This document shows, piece by piece, positions 1 to 10,423 of a stretch of DNA of 64,000 nucleotides (positions are counted from its first letter, which is position 1; every line of letters starts with the position of its first letter). Made by a program: the position numbers and the translations under genes. Origin of the DNA: Calditrichaceae bacterium (GTDB lineage: Bacteria > Calditrichota > Calditrichia > Calditrichales > JBFXGD01); the NCBI GenBank assembly GCA_050173015.1, contig JBFXLE010000002.1, positions 128,001 to 192,000 of the forward strand. The letters run 5' to 3'. The notes beneath the pieces are model-generated. The model searched no databases, was not told where the DNA came from, and worked only from the letters and a program-made list of their open reading frames with translations.

Positions 1-2
1 AA

Positions 3-1622
3 GAAAAGGTTTTCCATTACCTGGAGCACGATTTCGCAAAAAGAATGGAATTGGCGCTGGCCGTGGAAATCACCATGTTCGCGACTTATGACCCTAATGA
101 AATGAACCTGACGATAAATATTTATGACGATTCCGGCAGCACTCTTCAAAAAAAATTAGCTTTATCACTTAAAAAATCTCAGATATTTAACAATCTAAGC
201 GAAAATCACCCCCGTATTTTTGAATACGACGAATGTAATGATCCCTTTATCCAGGATTTAGAGGAATCTATTGGATTTAAAATTTCGAGTCTGATGTTTA
301 TTCCTTTTTCGATTTTCCATGAGCCGCGCGGCGGGTTTATACTGCTGAATAAATTATACAGACGTGAATTTTCGGAAAACGATCTGGCGTTTGCTCTTGT
401 GGCTGCAAGAAAAATCGTTTTTCACCTGGAAGAATTATATATCAATGAAGATGATCTGCACTCCATAAGAGGTATGAAATTAATTCCGGGGAGGACAGAA
501 AAGGTCATTGCTGACTGGAAATTATACCAAACGATGCTTGGGGCTGTGCAGTTTGGAATAATCGTGTTTGACAAATCGTACAAAGTGTACTATTTAAATA
601 AATCAGCCCGGCGTTTACTGCAAATTACCGAAGATGAAGATGCCTCCACTCTTAAAAAACTATTTGAGCCATCCGTATTCAAGCAAATTATTAGTTCAAT
701 TCAGGAAGATTCTGTTCCTGTTATCCGTCAGGAAATTCAAATTTCCATGAATAATCTTCCGGACCTGTTTATTGGATATTCTGTATACGATCTCGATGTT
801 TACAATAATAAAAACAGATATATACTTGTATTTTCAGAAATATCCCAGAAAAAAAAGATACAAGCAGAGATAATCCGAATGGACAGGATGGCTTCGCTAG
901 GTATTCTCAGCTCGGGATTTGCGCATGAAGTACGTAATCCGCTTGCCGGTATTAAATCAATGGCGCAGGTACTTGAAGAAGAGATGGATGATGAACCGAC
1001 CAAACAGGAATATGTAAAAAGAATTATCCGTCAGGTTAACCGGCTCGATGATTTGTTAAAAGCATTTTTTACCTACGCAAAACCGGTTAAACCCGATCCA
1101 AAATCTTGTCCCATCAAAAAAATTGTACAGGAAGTACTGCCACTTTTTGAACGTAAAATGAGGGAACAAAATATAAACGTCCGGCAACATTATGCAAGGG
1201 ACCTGGACAATATTTTTGTGGACTCTAATCAGATTGAGCAGGTCATTTTCAATCTGATCATCAACGCTCTTGATGCCATGCCGAAGGGCGGGGAATTAAC
1301 CATTAAAGCCGAAAATGCGCGGCAGCAGCTTCCCATGATTGACAGACGGCAAAGAATCCCCGGGTTGTTTTCGGATAAATACATTCAGATAACCATTTCA
1401 GATACCGGGATTGGTCTTGATTCCGATCTGAAAGAAAAAATATTTGACCCGTTTTATACTACAAAATCAAACGGCACAGGGTTGGGATTGTCGATTGTTT
1501 ATCAGATTATCAGAGAACACAGCGGTCAGATCAGCGCGGAGGGTAAACAAGGTGAAGGATCTCAATTTATAATACTCTTGCCTGCGGTGGAACCGGAGCA
1601 AAAAGATGAAATTATTCATTAA
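3..1622 (+). CDS. Sensor histidine kinase (GAF-PAS-HisKA-HATPase), 5'-truncated by the window edge
   Basis: Frame is open from position 3 (EKVFHYLEHDFAKRM...). H-box FAHEVRNPL, N-box QVIFNLIINALDA, G boxes DTGIG / FDPFYTTKSNGTGLGL. Confidence 0.9.
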   Translation, partial: EKVFHYLEHDFAKRMELALAVEITMFATYDPNEMNLTINIYDDSGSTLQKKLALSLKKSQIFNNLSENHPRIFEYDECNDPFIQDLEESIGFKISSLMFIPFSIFHEPRGGFILLNKLYRREFSENDLAFALVAARKIVFHLEELYINEDDLHSIRGMKLIPGRTEKVIADWKLYQTMLGAVQFGIIVFDKSYKVYYLNKSARRLLQITEDEDASTLKKLFEPSVFKQIISSIQEDSVPVIRQEIQISMNNLPDLFIGYSVYDLDVYNNKNRYILVFSEISQKKKIQAEIIRMDRMASLGILSSGFAHEVRNPLAGIKSMAQVLEEEMDDEPTKQEYVKRIIRQVNRLDDLLKAFFTYAKPVKPDPKSCPIKKIVQEVLPLFERKMREQNINVRQHYARDLDNIFVDSNQIEQVIFNLIINALDAMPKGGELTIKAENARQQLPMIDRRQRIPGLFSDKYIQITISDTGIGLDSDLKEKIFDPFYTTKSNGTGLGLSIVYQIIREHSGQISAEGKQGEGSQFIILLPAVEPEQKDEIIH

Positions 1623-1691
1623 CCAGATGGTTTTACTGCTGATTATCTCATCCATTCTTCAGGAAGAGATAAATATTCTTAGGGAATTTGT

Positions 1692-2474
1692 ATGATTCAG
1701 ATAGCGCTGATTTTGTTTGTCGGGGTACTGGTCGGTCTAATGAGTTCAACCCTCGGTCTCGGCGGTGGTATTATAATAGTACCGGCACTGACACTCTATT
1801 TCGGATTTTACCAGCAGGAGGCGATCGCAACAAGTTTAATGACGATCGTGCTGGTAACCATACTGAATGTTACCCGATTTCAAATCCAAAATCAGATTGA
1901 ATGGAAGGTGGTTTTGTCAATCGCGTTATTCTCATCTGTGGCATCGGCTACCGCGGGGATAATTGCTGTGTTTTTGCCTGAAAAAATTCTCATGGTCATA
2001 TTTGTCCTATTTATTTTTTCACTGGCCTACAAGACATTCAACATCCGGTCTGTTGTCAATCCGGGCAGACCCACCGGACCTAAATTCGGCACATCCGCGA
2101 AAATCGGTGTGATCAGCGGGACGATCTCGGGAGTTACAGGAATCGGCGGAGGAGGAATAACGACTCCGTTAATTTTAACAAACAATCTGGCTGATAACAC
2201 AAAAGTCGTCCCTATATCAAATGCCATCATGCTCTTTACAACCAGTTTCGGAACACTTGCATTTGCTTTTATGCATCATGAACAGGCGAGTGCATGGCAG
2301 TTGGGTTTTGTACATATAGACACGGCGCTTTTAATATTTGCCGGGGCTTTTCCGGCGGCATATCTTGGATCGTATTTTCAACATAGACTGTCATTGAAAT
2401 TAAGAAAATCACTCCTGGGGGGAATGCTGATCATTATAGGTCTGAGGCTGTTAATTAAGGTGTTGGGTTTTTAG
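1692..2474 (+). CDS. Sulfite exporter TauE/SafE family membrane protein
   Basis: Two repeated G(L/I)GGG motifs (GLGGGIIIVP, GIGGGGITTP), about 8 hydrophobic segments, 260 aa. Confidence 0.88.
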   Translation: MIQIALILFVGVLVGLMSSTLGLGGGIIIVPALTLYFGFYQQEAIATSLMTIVLVTILNVTRFQIQNQIEWKVVLSIALFSSVASATAGIIAVFLPEKILMVIFVLFIFSLAYKTFNIRSVVNPGRPTGPKFGTSAKIGVISGTISGVTGIGGGGITTPLILTNNLADNTKVVPISNAIMLFTTSFGTLAFAFMHHEQASAWQLGFVHIDTALLIFAGAFPAAYLGSYFQHRLSLKLRKSLLGGMLIIIGLRLLIKVLGF

Positions 2475-2625
2475 GGGACTCAACATTGAAATTCAGGTTA
2501 AATCCTGATGATTTGTAACCGATTTGAAGAGGAAAAACAACTTTACTTATAACGGTGTATTGAGTATCTTAATTTTTTTGTTTTATTAAAACTGAGTTAA
2601 TCTTCATTAAAATGGGGAAGTGTGT

Positions 2626-4641
2626 ATGGATCATCAAGTATCAGGAAAAGGACTACCGGAAAATGCCTACCGGTTTCTAAAAGACGGTGAAGTGTACAAG
2701 CCTGTTGTCCCGGAAAATACTCCTCTACCCGAAGTAACAAAATATTCTCTTTTTTGGGGAATGTTTTACGCGGTTTTGTTTTCTGCCGCTGCAGCCTATT
2801 TAGGGTTGAAAATTGGTCAGGTCTTTGAAGCGGCAATTCCCATAGCGATTTTGGCGGTGGGACTTTCCTCATTGATGAAAAGGAAAAACGCGCTATCCGA
2901 GAACGTGATTGTACAATCAATAGGTTCCAGCTCCGGTGTAATTGTGGCGGGAGCGATATTTACGATTCCCGGATTATATATCCTTGGGCTGGACGCTTCC
3001 TTTTTACAGGTATTTTTAGCTTCTTTATTTGGCGGAATGCTGGGAATATTATTCTTAATTCCGTTCAGGAGATACTTTGTTAAAGATATGCATGGGGAAT
3101 TCCCATTTCCCGAAGCAACCGCGACGACTGAAATCCTTGTTGCGGGTGAAGGAGGCGGAAATCAGGCAAAAATATTACTTAAAGCTCTTGTAATCGGCGG
3201 ATTATACGATTTCTTAGTTTCCGGTTTCGGATTGTGGAAAGAGGTCGTTTCTACCCGTGTTTTTGAATGGGGACAGAAGCTGGCTGCCGCCACCCGTCTT
3301 GAATTCAACATGAATATCGGCGCAGCCGTTATGGGTTTAGGATATATTGTCGGCTTAAAATACGCGTTAATTATCGCCAGCGGCTCTTTCCTTGCGTGGT
3401 GGGTGCTAATTCCCAGCATGTTTTATGTCGGTCAGTTTAACCCTGTACCCATCCTGAACGCGACGAAGCCTATCGCGGATATGCTGCCCGGTGAAATCTT
3501 CAGTACTTATGTTAGACACATAGGAATTGGAGGTATAGCCGCGGCGGGTATTATCGGAATTATCAAATCACGAAAAATTATTTCTGCCGCTTTCAAATTG
3601 GCGATTAATGAAATTGGCGGCAAGGGAGTGGGTCATGCCTCCGAAAACAAAGTCGAGCGCACGCAGACAGATATCAGCATGAAATGGCTGGTAGTTCTTT
3701 TAGTCAGCGCTCTTTTGGGTGTTCTGGTATTCTTCCTTGTCCTTGTGGTTGACGGAAATGTCCTCCATGCGACTGTAGGGCTTGCTATTGTTACCATTGT
3801 TGCATTTTTGTTTACTACCGTCGCGGCGAGAGCGATCGCCATTGTCGGCAGCAATCCGGTTTCGGGTATGACCTTAATGACTCTGATTATTTCATCCGTT
3901 ATTCTTGTAAGTGTGGGACTTAAAGGTGAACAGGGTATGATTGCAGCGCTCATTATAGGCGGTGTGGTATGTACTGCTCTCTCAATGGCTGGCGGATTTA
4001 TAACCGACCTAAAAATTGGATACTGGCTTGGCACGACACCACGTACGCAACAGAGATATAAATTCCTTGGCACTCTCTTAGCCGCCATGTCTGTGGGCGG
4101 TGTTATTTTTATGCTGCATCAAACATACGGCTTCGGTCCCGGCGGATTAGAGGCGCCGCAGGCATCAGCAATGGCTGCAGTTCTTGAGCCGTTAATGACC
4201 GGCCAGCCTGCTCCATGGATTTTGTATCTGGCGGGAATTATCCTGGCTACAGTCCTGGAGTTTTTAGGAATACCGCCGCTGGCATTCGCATTGGGAATGT
4301 ATCTGCCTCTTTATTTGAATACCCCCGTTCTAGCGGGAGGTATTATAGCGCATCTGGTTGCCAAAAGCACATCTGATTCCGCGCTGCAATCAGCCAGAAA
4401 AGAGCGTGGAACGCTCATCGCGTCCGGATTTATCGCCGGAGGAGCAATTATGGGTGTGCTCGCTGCGTCTATGGTCTTCATTGGTCAGTATGTTACCGGA
4501 AACAGCGACTGGAATATGATGATGGCGATTGGGACAGAGCACTGGGCAGAATCAGCCCCGGCAGAGATACTGAGCTTCTTTATGTTTGCATTAATTTTGT
4601 TTTATATGTTGTGGGATGCCAAACGGGCAAAGGCTGAATAG
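2626..4641 (+). CDS. Oligopeptide transporter, OPT family
   Basis: YLGLKIGQVFEAAIPIAI, FPFPEATA, SNPVSGMT and DLKIGYWLG motifs; polytopic. ATG at 2626 preferred over GTG at 2620. Confidence 0.92.
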   Translation: MDHQVSGKGLPENAYRFLKDGEVYKPVVPENTPLPEVTKYSLFWGMFYAVLFSAAAAYLGLKIGQVFEAAIPIAILAVGLSSLMKRKNALSENVIVQSIGSSSGVIVAGAIFTIPGLYILGLDASFLQVFLASLFGGMLGILFLIPFRRYFVKDMHGEFPFPEATATTEILVAGEGGGNQAKILLKALVIGGLYDFLVSGFGLWKEVVSTRVFEWGQKLAAATRLEFNMNIGAAVMGLGYIVGLKYALIIASGSFLAWWVLIPSMFYVGQFNPVPILNATKPIADMLPGEIFSTYVRHIGIGGIAAAGIIGIIKSRKIISAAFKLAINEIGGKGVGHASENKVERTQTDISMKWLVVLLVSALLGVLVFFLVLVVDGNVLHATVGLAIVTIVAFLFTTVAARAIAIVGSNPVSGMTLMTLIISSVILVSVGLKGEQGMIAALIIGGVVCTALSMAGGFITDLKIGYWLGTTPRTQQRYKFLGTLLAAMSVGGVIFMLHQTYGFGPGGLEAPQASAMAAVLEPLMTGQPAPWILYLAGIILATVLEFLGIPPLAFALGMYLPLYLNTPVLAGGIIAHLVAKSTSDSALQSARKERGTLIASGFIAGGAIMGVLAASMVFIGQYVTGNSDWNMMMAIGTEHWAESAPAEILSFFMFALILFYMLWDAKRAKAE

Positions 4642-4659
4642 CTACATATTAATTCATTT

Positions 4660-4702
4660 GAGAACCGGACTAAGTTATAAAATCCGGTTCTCTCTTTTTT
4701 TT
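4660..4702 (+). terminator. Intrinsic terminator after the OPT gene
   Basis: GAGAACCGGA...TCCGGTTCTC stem followed by a T run. Confidence 0.8.
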
Positions 4703-4748
4703 AGACCGAATGATCATCCAGTCTCCCGTGGTGAGCGCTATATAAGTG

Positions 4749-4777
4749 TTGACTGAAAAATACCGATTGGTTAAATT
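4749..4777 (+). promoter_or_regulatory. Putative sigma70 promoter for the small-membrane-protein/cNMP operon
   Basis: TTGACT-N17-TAAATT. Confidence 0.6.
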
Positions 4778-4850
4778 GCACTTGCTTACAACAGATAATC
4801 AGGATAGTTTAAATAAATAATGAATTTAATCTTTTGCTGGTGGAGGCGGT

Positions 4851-5042
4851 TTGTTTTTTTCTCAAAAACAACACAGGACATTGGATATTGAAGGCAGATT
4901 GGCAGACCGGCAGCAGGAGGGCGGGGGAAAGAGGCGAATTAAATTCGACAGACTTCCACGTCGGAAAGTAAAGCCAATCTGGTGGATAGTTATCGTTTTT
5001 TCGATCGTGGCATACCTATTTTTTTTCTTGAAAGAATTTTGA
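4851..5042 (+). CDS. Small basic protein with a C-terminal transmembrane helix
   Basis: GGAGG RBS before TTG; basic stretch RRIKFDRLPRRK followed by hydrophobic IWWIVIVFSIVAYLFFFL. Confidence 0.65.
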   Translation: MFFSQKQHRTLDIEGRLADRQQEGGGKRRIKFDRLPRRKVKPIWWIVIVFSIVAYLFFFLKEF

Positions 5043-5065
5043 ACCGGCTGCTCTGGAGGTAAAAA

Positions 5066-6154
5066 ATGATTCAAATCAGTAAAGTGTTAAAGCAGGTTCC
5101 CATCTTTAGAATGCTGGGGAAGGAGAGCATTGATTTCATCGTAGAGCGGCTAAAGTTCAAGACGTTTGATGCTGCTGAAACGATTTGTAAAATTGGTGAT
5201 CCGGGCGATGAAATGTACATTATCATCACAGGCGAGGTGAAAATTTGTATTTATGGTGACGGAGGAAAAACAGAACAAACGGTCGCCAAATTGGGATCAG
5301 GGGATTATTTCGGTGAGATGTCACTGTTGACCGGTGATACGCGTTCCGCCTCAGTGATCGCAACCGAACCTTGTGAGATGTTTATTCTTTACAAAAATGA
5401 TTTTGATGTCATTCTTGAAAAATATCCTTCTATCTCTCTCAGCATGGGTAAAATTGTGAGTCAAAGGTTGAGAGAAACGTTGAAGAAAGCCACGCTTCCT
5501 GATATCAATAAACTTGAGGCGTCAAAGGGAGGTCCATCCGGGAGTTTGAAAGAAATTTCTCTGGTTGAATTGATCAGTTTTTGCGAGACCAATTCTTTAA
5601 CGGGCAGCATGGAATTGAAGGACAATGGACAAAAGGGATTATTCGAGTTTGAGAGCGGAGAACTTGTTAAAGTCGCGCTTGGCGACATAAAAGATGATAA
5701 AGCGCTAGATACCATGCTCTCATGGACAGAAGGGCAATTTGAAATAAGGGTGAGACCTTTAACGATAGAGAAAAAAGCTTCGCAGGTTGCTGTTAAGGAA
5801 GAAATTAAGAAAATATTGGTAGTGAACAACTCTCTCGTTGTCAGGAAGGTGATTGAGAGAGCGTTTAACGGGCTTGGATATAGTGTGAAATCATCTCAGA
5901 ATATCGGAGAGTCCATATCACTGATAGATAATGAAATTCCGGATGTGATTATTTCTGACATCAAACTACCGGATGGCGATGGATTAGGTTTTGTGGAAAA
6001 GGCGCGCAAAGATATCAACATTCCGTTTATTTTTATTGCCGATAATTCTGTCAAAGCCGAAATCGAGAAAGAAATAAGGCAATTATCGGATGTAGAATTA
6101 ACCAAGACTCATGAAGTAAGCGAGATTGTGAAATTAGTAGAGAATATGATATAG
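5066..6154 (+). CDS. cNMP-binding domain + DUF4388 (PatA-N-like) + atypical receiver domain protein
   Basis: Phosphate-binding cassette FGEMSLLTGDTRSASV; DUF4388-type SGSLKEISLVELI...GSMEL...LSWTEGQF; C-terminal REC with ISDIKLPDGDG. Confidence 0.85.
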   Translation: MIQISKVLKQVPIFRMLGKESIDFIVERLKFKTFDAAETICKIGDPGDEMYIIITGEVKICIYGDGGKTEQTVAKLGSGDYFGEMSLLTGDTRSASVIATEPCEMFILYKNDFDVILEKYPSISLSMGKIVSQRLRETLKKATLPDINKLEASKGGPSGSLKEISLVELISFCETNSLTGSMELKDNGQKGLFEFESGELVKVALGDIKDDKALDTMLSWTEGQFEIRVRPLTIEKKASQVAVKEEIKKILVVNNSLVVRKVIERAFNGLGYSVKSSQNIGESISLIDNEIPDVIISDIKLPDGDGLGFVEKARKDINIPFIFIADNSVKAEIEKEIRQLSDVELTKTHEVSEIVKLVENMI

Positions 6155-7285
6155 ATGAAACCGGAATCATTAAAACAGTTAAAAAATATTCCACTTTTTG
6201 AAGCAATAGCTGATGAAGAAATTGGTCTGATCGCGTCAAAGATGGAAATGGAGGAATATAAGAAAGGCGATTCCATCATAAGCGCGGGTGATTCAGGGAA
6301 TTACATCTATCTCATTCAAAAAGGCAGAGTAAAGGTTATCGCCAATATTCAGAACGAGAGTGAAGAAATTGTACTCTCATATCTGGAACAAGGCGATCAT
6401 TTTGGGGAGATGGCTCTGATTACAGGTGAACCGCGCTCGGCGACAGTTATAGCCGAAACAGATCTGAGTGTTTTAAAACTTGGGAAAATGGAATTTGACA
6501 ATCTATTGCTAAAGAATCCCCGAATCTCAATCAATCTGACACATTTACTTAGTCAGCGGCTGATGAACGCCAATATTGCAAGGGAGCAGACAGAAAGATA
6601 TTATAAAAACAAGTTTATTCCAAAAGGGAGACTGCGGGATACAGGAGTGATCAGGTTACTCAAATATGCCGAGGAAAATTCTCTTTCAGGGAAAATCGTC
6701 ATAAAACACGGCGATAAAGTGGCGTTCTTTGAATTCCAGAAGGGCCAGCTTAGTAATTTGGATTTTGAGAATAAAAATGAAGATGAAGCTATGGATGTTA
6801 TTCTTGAATGGAAAGACGGTGAATATATTATTGAACCAAACATTTTTTCTGCAACGGATGAGGGCAAACAACCGTCAAAAAAAGAAACAACTACCGGAGA
6901 AAAAATGAAAACGGATGAAGTTTTTAAGACCTATGCAACTGAAAAATTCACCGAACTCATTCATTTTTCGGGTTCAAAATCCACTCAAAGCGCATTGAAC
7001 AGAAGCTATCATAAATTCGAAAGTTATTTTGATATTTCTAAAGTAATACAAATCAAAACAGAACCTGAACTTTCCGTTTCCATCTCGTCCGAAGGGGAGT
7101 GGACCGAAAAACATACGCTGTTTATGGCCATCCTTCTGCGTGATGTCATCGGCGCCATAGAAAGAGATGTGGTGGGTATGCGTTTTTGGACACCAAAATC
7201 AAAAACAAACAATATAAACAGTGAACTGGAAGCGCTTCAGTTCTTTGATTATTATGATCAGGCCACAGATTTTGTGAAAATTTAG
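6155..7285 (+). CDS. cNMP-binding domain + DUF4388 + unknown C-terminal domain protein
   Basis: FGEMALITGEPRSATV; KGRLRDTGVIRLL...LEWKDGEY. Starts immediately after the paralogue's stop codon. Confidence 0.85.
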   Translation: MKPESLKQLKNIPLFEAIADEEIGLIASKMEMEEYKKGDSIISAGDSGNYIYLIQKGRVKVIANIQNESEEIVLSYLEQGDHFGEMALITGEPRSATVIAETDLSVLKLGKMEFDNLLLKNPRISINLTHLLSQRLMNANIAREQTERYYKNKFIPKGRLRDTGVIRLLKYAEENSLSGKIVIKHGDKVAFFEFQKGQLSNLDFENKNEDEAMDVILEWKDGEYIIEPNIFSATDEGKQPSKKETTTGEKMKTDEVFKTYATEKFTELIHFSGSKSTQSALNRSYHKFESYFDISKVIQIKTEPELSVSISSEGEWTEKHTLFMAILLRDVIGAIERDVVGMRFWTPKSKTNNINSELEALQFFDYYDQATDFVKI

Positions 7286-7331
7286 TTAAAATCCAATTCT
7301 CTTGCTATTATGATCTATTACCGGCAGCCCG

Positions 7332-8162
7332 TTATTTAAAATTAGAATGATTCAGATGTTCTGTCAGAAACCTGAATGCTTCCTCAGGCGAATTTACAAA
7401 ATTTAAAAGATCATGGTCTTCTTTCGATATAGTGCCCCATCGTACCATCGCGTCAATATCAATAATTTCTTTCCAGTAGTCCTGTCCAAACACGACAATC
7501 GGCAATGGTTTAGTGACCTTTTTTGTCTGAATCAATGTCAGAACTTCCATTAATTCATCGAGTGTGCCGAAACCGCCCGGAAAAATTACCAGGGCTTTAG
7601 CGAGATAGACAAACCAGTATTTCCTCATGAAAAAATAGTGAAATTCAAACATTAAATCTTCCGTAATATAAGGATTGGGATCCTGTTCATGAGGAATAGA
7701 GATGTTGAGTCCGATAGATTTACCACCGGCTAACTCAGCTCCTTTATTGGCTGCTTCCATAATTCCCGGGCCGCCTCCTGAACAAACATAATATTTCTGT
7801 TTTTTTGATTCCTTGTCCATTGCCCAGTCGGTCAACATTTTTGACAGCTGAACCGCATCTTCATAATATTCTGACAATCTGAGCTGTAACCTTGCGGCGG
7901 AAAGTTTTTTTTCGTTCTCCTTCGTGGGATTTTTTTCAAACTCATCCGCGAGTTCAAGTAATCCGTTTTTTGTCTTGATCTTGGGATCTATTCGCGCCGA
8001 GCCAAAAAAAACAATGGTGGACTTGACACCTTTCTCCTCAAATCGATAAAGTGGCTCATAAAACTCTGATAATATTCTAATCGATCTCGCTTTATTACTG
8101 TTTAAAAATTCCAGATTATTATATGCTTTTTCTGGTCTTTTCTTCTTGTTTGTCATAATCAC
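7332..8162 (-). CDS. LOG family (TIGR00730-type) nucleotide phosphoribohydrolase / Rossmann-fold protein
   Basis: FFGSAR, SGGGPGIMEAANKGA, FHYFFMRK, PGGFGTLDE motifs. Confidence 0.9.
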   Translation of the reverse strand: MIMTNKKKRPEKAYNNLEFLNSNKARSIRILSEFYEPLYRFEEKGVKSTIVFFGSARIDPKIKTKNGLLELADEFEKNPTKENEKKLSAARLQLRLSEYYEDAVQLSKMLTDWAMDKESKKQKYYVCSGGGPGIMEAANKGAELAGGKSIGLNISIPHEQDPNPYITEDLMFEFHYFFMRKYWFVYLAKALVIFPGGFGTLDELMEVLTLIQTKKVTKPLPIVVFGQDYWKEIIDIDAMVRWGTISKEDHDLLNFVNSPEEAFRFLTEHLNHSNFK

Positions 8163-8245
8163 TCCATTCTAAGCGATGTCATAACCGGATTAATTACAAG
8201 CGCGATTATCTAAAAGGGTGCGCCGGTTTATCACCATCAGTGAAA

Positions 8246-10423
8246 TCAGTTCAAAATCTTCAATATCGCGCCGATTCTGGTTTCATATTCCTTAACAGTC
8301 TTTTTCATTTCAATGATAAATTCATTTTCATCAAATTTCCCAAGTACCGCTTCCATTTCCTCATCATTTCTGTATGTGATCTTTCGGAAATCATTTGTGT
8401 AGTCTTTCCTACGCGATTCAATAACCCATTCAAGTAATTTTTTGGCTGTGTTGACGGAGTTTTCGAGAATGGAACGAATAAATTGGTCATCTATTTCATC
8501 AATATCTTTTTGATGAATTTTTGATAAGCAAAAAATACCATGATTTTGTCTTTGAGACGGATAGCGATCCCATGCTTTGTTGTATCTTTTGTGCAAATCA
8601 TGCCAGGAATTGATTTTTTTGGATTTGATATCTGCAATAATGTCGAATAGTTCCGATTGGGGAATCAATTGCCCGCCAATATTATGCCATTTACGTCCGG
8701 GTTCCGAATAAGCTTGTTTAATGATCTCGGCAACAGACATAGTCCTGTTTTTTTGCAGCATGATATCATCAACGGCGCGGGCGAGCTCAACCGCCCCATA
8801 GTACTGAATCATCATATGGTACAACCGGTAACCCGATACCGGTTTGATAATATTGGCTTTGCCCTTATATACCATATTGTCGTGATGGACCTTGAGTCCT
8901 TTTTCAATGGTGTCATCGTTTAATAACTTTTCAACCGATATTTCTCTTCCTGAGGCAGTCTCTATGGCCTTCTTAAGCAAATCCATTCCTTCGAGCATTT
9001 CTTCCGCGGTGTCAGGGGCGAGAAAATCATTCTCGATAAGCTGATCTTTTATTTTTCTTTTATCACGGTTATTGAATTTCCATTTATTTCTTGCAAGAGC
9101 GTACATATTGTACTTGAACCAAAAAGCCGGAATTATGTTGATGTCCGTTGAATTATCTGTGGTGCTTATGAGAGAGAAGGGAAGAGTGATGTTCAATTCA
9201 GAAGGATAATTGCCCTTTGCCACAAGGGAAAATGATGCAAATCGCGAGTTATGCTTAAAATTGGTTACCAATCCCGGCCAGAATCCTCTTCCTGCCAAAA
9301 TTTCGCCGTCCGCTGCTCTGGAATTGTGATTTGAACCGATTGTCGCGCCCGCGGCGATGTTTGATTGTCCCAGTAAGGTGGATGCAATCAGGAATGAATT
9401 GTTGTGATGCTGCTCGTGAAACGGGAAAATAAGGTTGTTCAGTAATTCGCAGCAGGAGACGGTGGAATTAGGCCCGAGAAACGAGTTGATCAGCCGGGCG
9501 CCGTATTTGACCTGCACATTTCTACCTGTGACAAATCGGACGGCTTTAACGCCGTAAAAAATATGATTCCCGTGTCCAATAATTCCGTTTACCAATTCTA
9601 CACCTTCACCTATTTGAGTCGGTTCGGCAGCGCTGGATTGGATCGTCAGATTTTTTAGTTTATTGGCGCCTTTAATATAACAATGTGGCCCGACATTGAC
9701 ATCTTTAATGATCCGGTTGTCTTTAATAACACAATGATCTCCGATTGAACCGTAATATCCTCTTCGCGTGTCTCCGAGCTGATCTGTCATTTCCTGAAAC
9801 CTGTCCAGCAGCACCGAATCATCTCTGAATCTTGACCAGAGATAGGCATCCGCCGGAAGAATTCCCACAAATGGCAGAATTTTTCTGCCGCCGTTTTCAT
9901 TTCCTACTTCAAGCCAGATCCGGACATTTTCGTCTTCACCTTCCTTTACAATTCCATTGCCGAATTTTGCGGTATCTACAGTGAGCATCTCATCAACATT
10001 GAACAGGATACAGTTATCCCCGATGATATAATGGGAGAGATACTGCACATTTCGCATAACGACCTGATTGCCAATATCACAGGAAATTATTGTACAATTA
10101 TTTAATCCGACCGGAAGACGAAGTTTATGAAATTCAAGATACTTTCTTGACAAATCTCCAATACGGACCATTCCCCAAAACTCGCAATTTCGAACGAGGG
10201 ATGGATCAAAATTTTCCGTGACGAGTATTTTATCCCAAAGCTCAGCGGTATTGTTGTTTTTTACAAGAATTTCAATTTCTTTGGAGCTGAGCGCTCTGTA
10301 TTTGTGACTGTCAGTCTGACGGTTGCGAAAATAGTACCGGTCTTTTTTATCGGCACGCAGCTCTTTAGGTACAAAATCCTTACTGATATCTTCCAGTTTA
10401 CCCTTCGTAATCTCCCTCATCAA
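8246..10423 (-). CDS. DUF4954 family protein (left-handed beta-helix region)
   Basis: YRAL...EI..L..NNN N-terminus, FGNG, NENGGR, SCCELLNNLIFPFHEQHHNNSFL, GATIGSNHNSR, YALARN motifs. Confidence 0.8.
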   Translation of the reverse strand: MMREITKGKLEDISKDFVPKELRADKKDRYYFRNRQTDSHKYRALSSKEIEILVKNNNTAELWDKILVTENFDPSLVRNCEFWGMVRIGDLSRKYLEFHKLRLPVGLNNCTIISCDIGNQVVMRNVQYLSHYIIGDNCILFNVDEMLTVDTAKFGNGIVKEGEDENVRIWLEVGNENGGRKILPFVGILPADAYLWSRFRDDSVLLDRFQEMTDQLGDTRRGYYGSIGDHCVIKDNRIIKDVNVGPHCYIKGANKLKNLTIQSSAAEPTQIGEGVELVNGIIGHGNHIFYGVKAVRFVTGRNVQVKYGARLINSFLGPNSTVSCCELLNNLIFPFHEQHHNNSFLIASTLLGQSNIAAGATIGSNHNSRAADGEILAGRGFWPGLVTNFKHNSRFASFSLVAKGNYPSELNITLPFSLISTTDNSTDINIIPAFWFKYNMYALARNKWKFNNRDKRKIKDQLIENDFLAPDTAEEMLEGMDLLKKAIETASGREISVEKLLNDDTIEKGLKVHHDNMVYKGKANIIKPVSGYRLYHMMIQYYGAVELARAVDDIMLQKNRTMSVAEIIKQAYSEPGRKWHNIGGQLIPQSELFDIIADIKSKKINSWHDLHKRYNKAWDRYPSQRQNHGIFCLSKIHQKDIDEIDDQFIRSILENSVNTAKKLLEWVIESRRKDYTNDFRKITYRNDEEMEAVLGKFDENEFIIEMKKTVKEYETRIGAILKILN

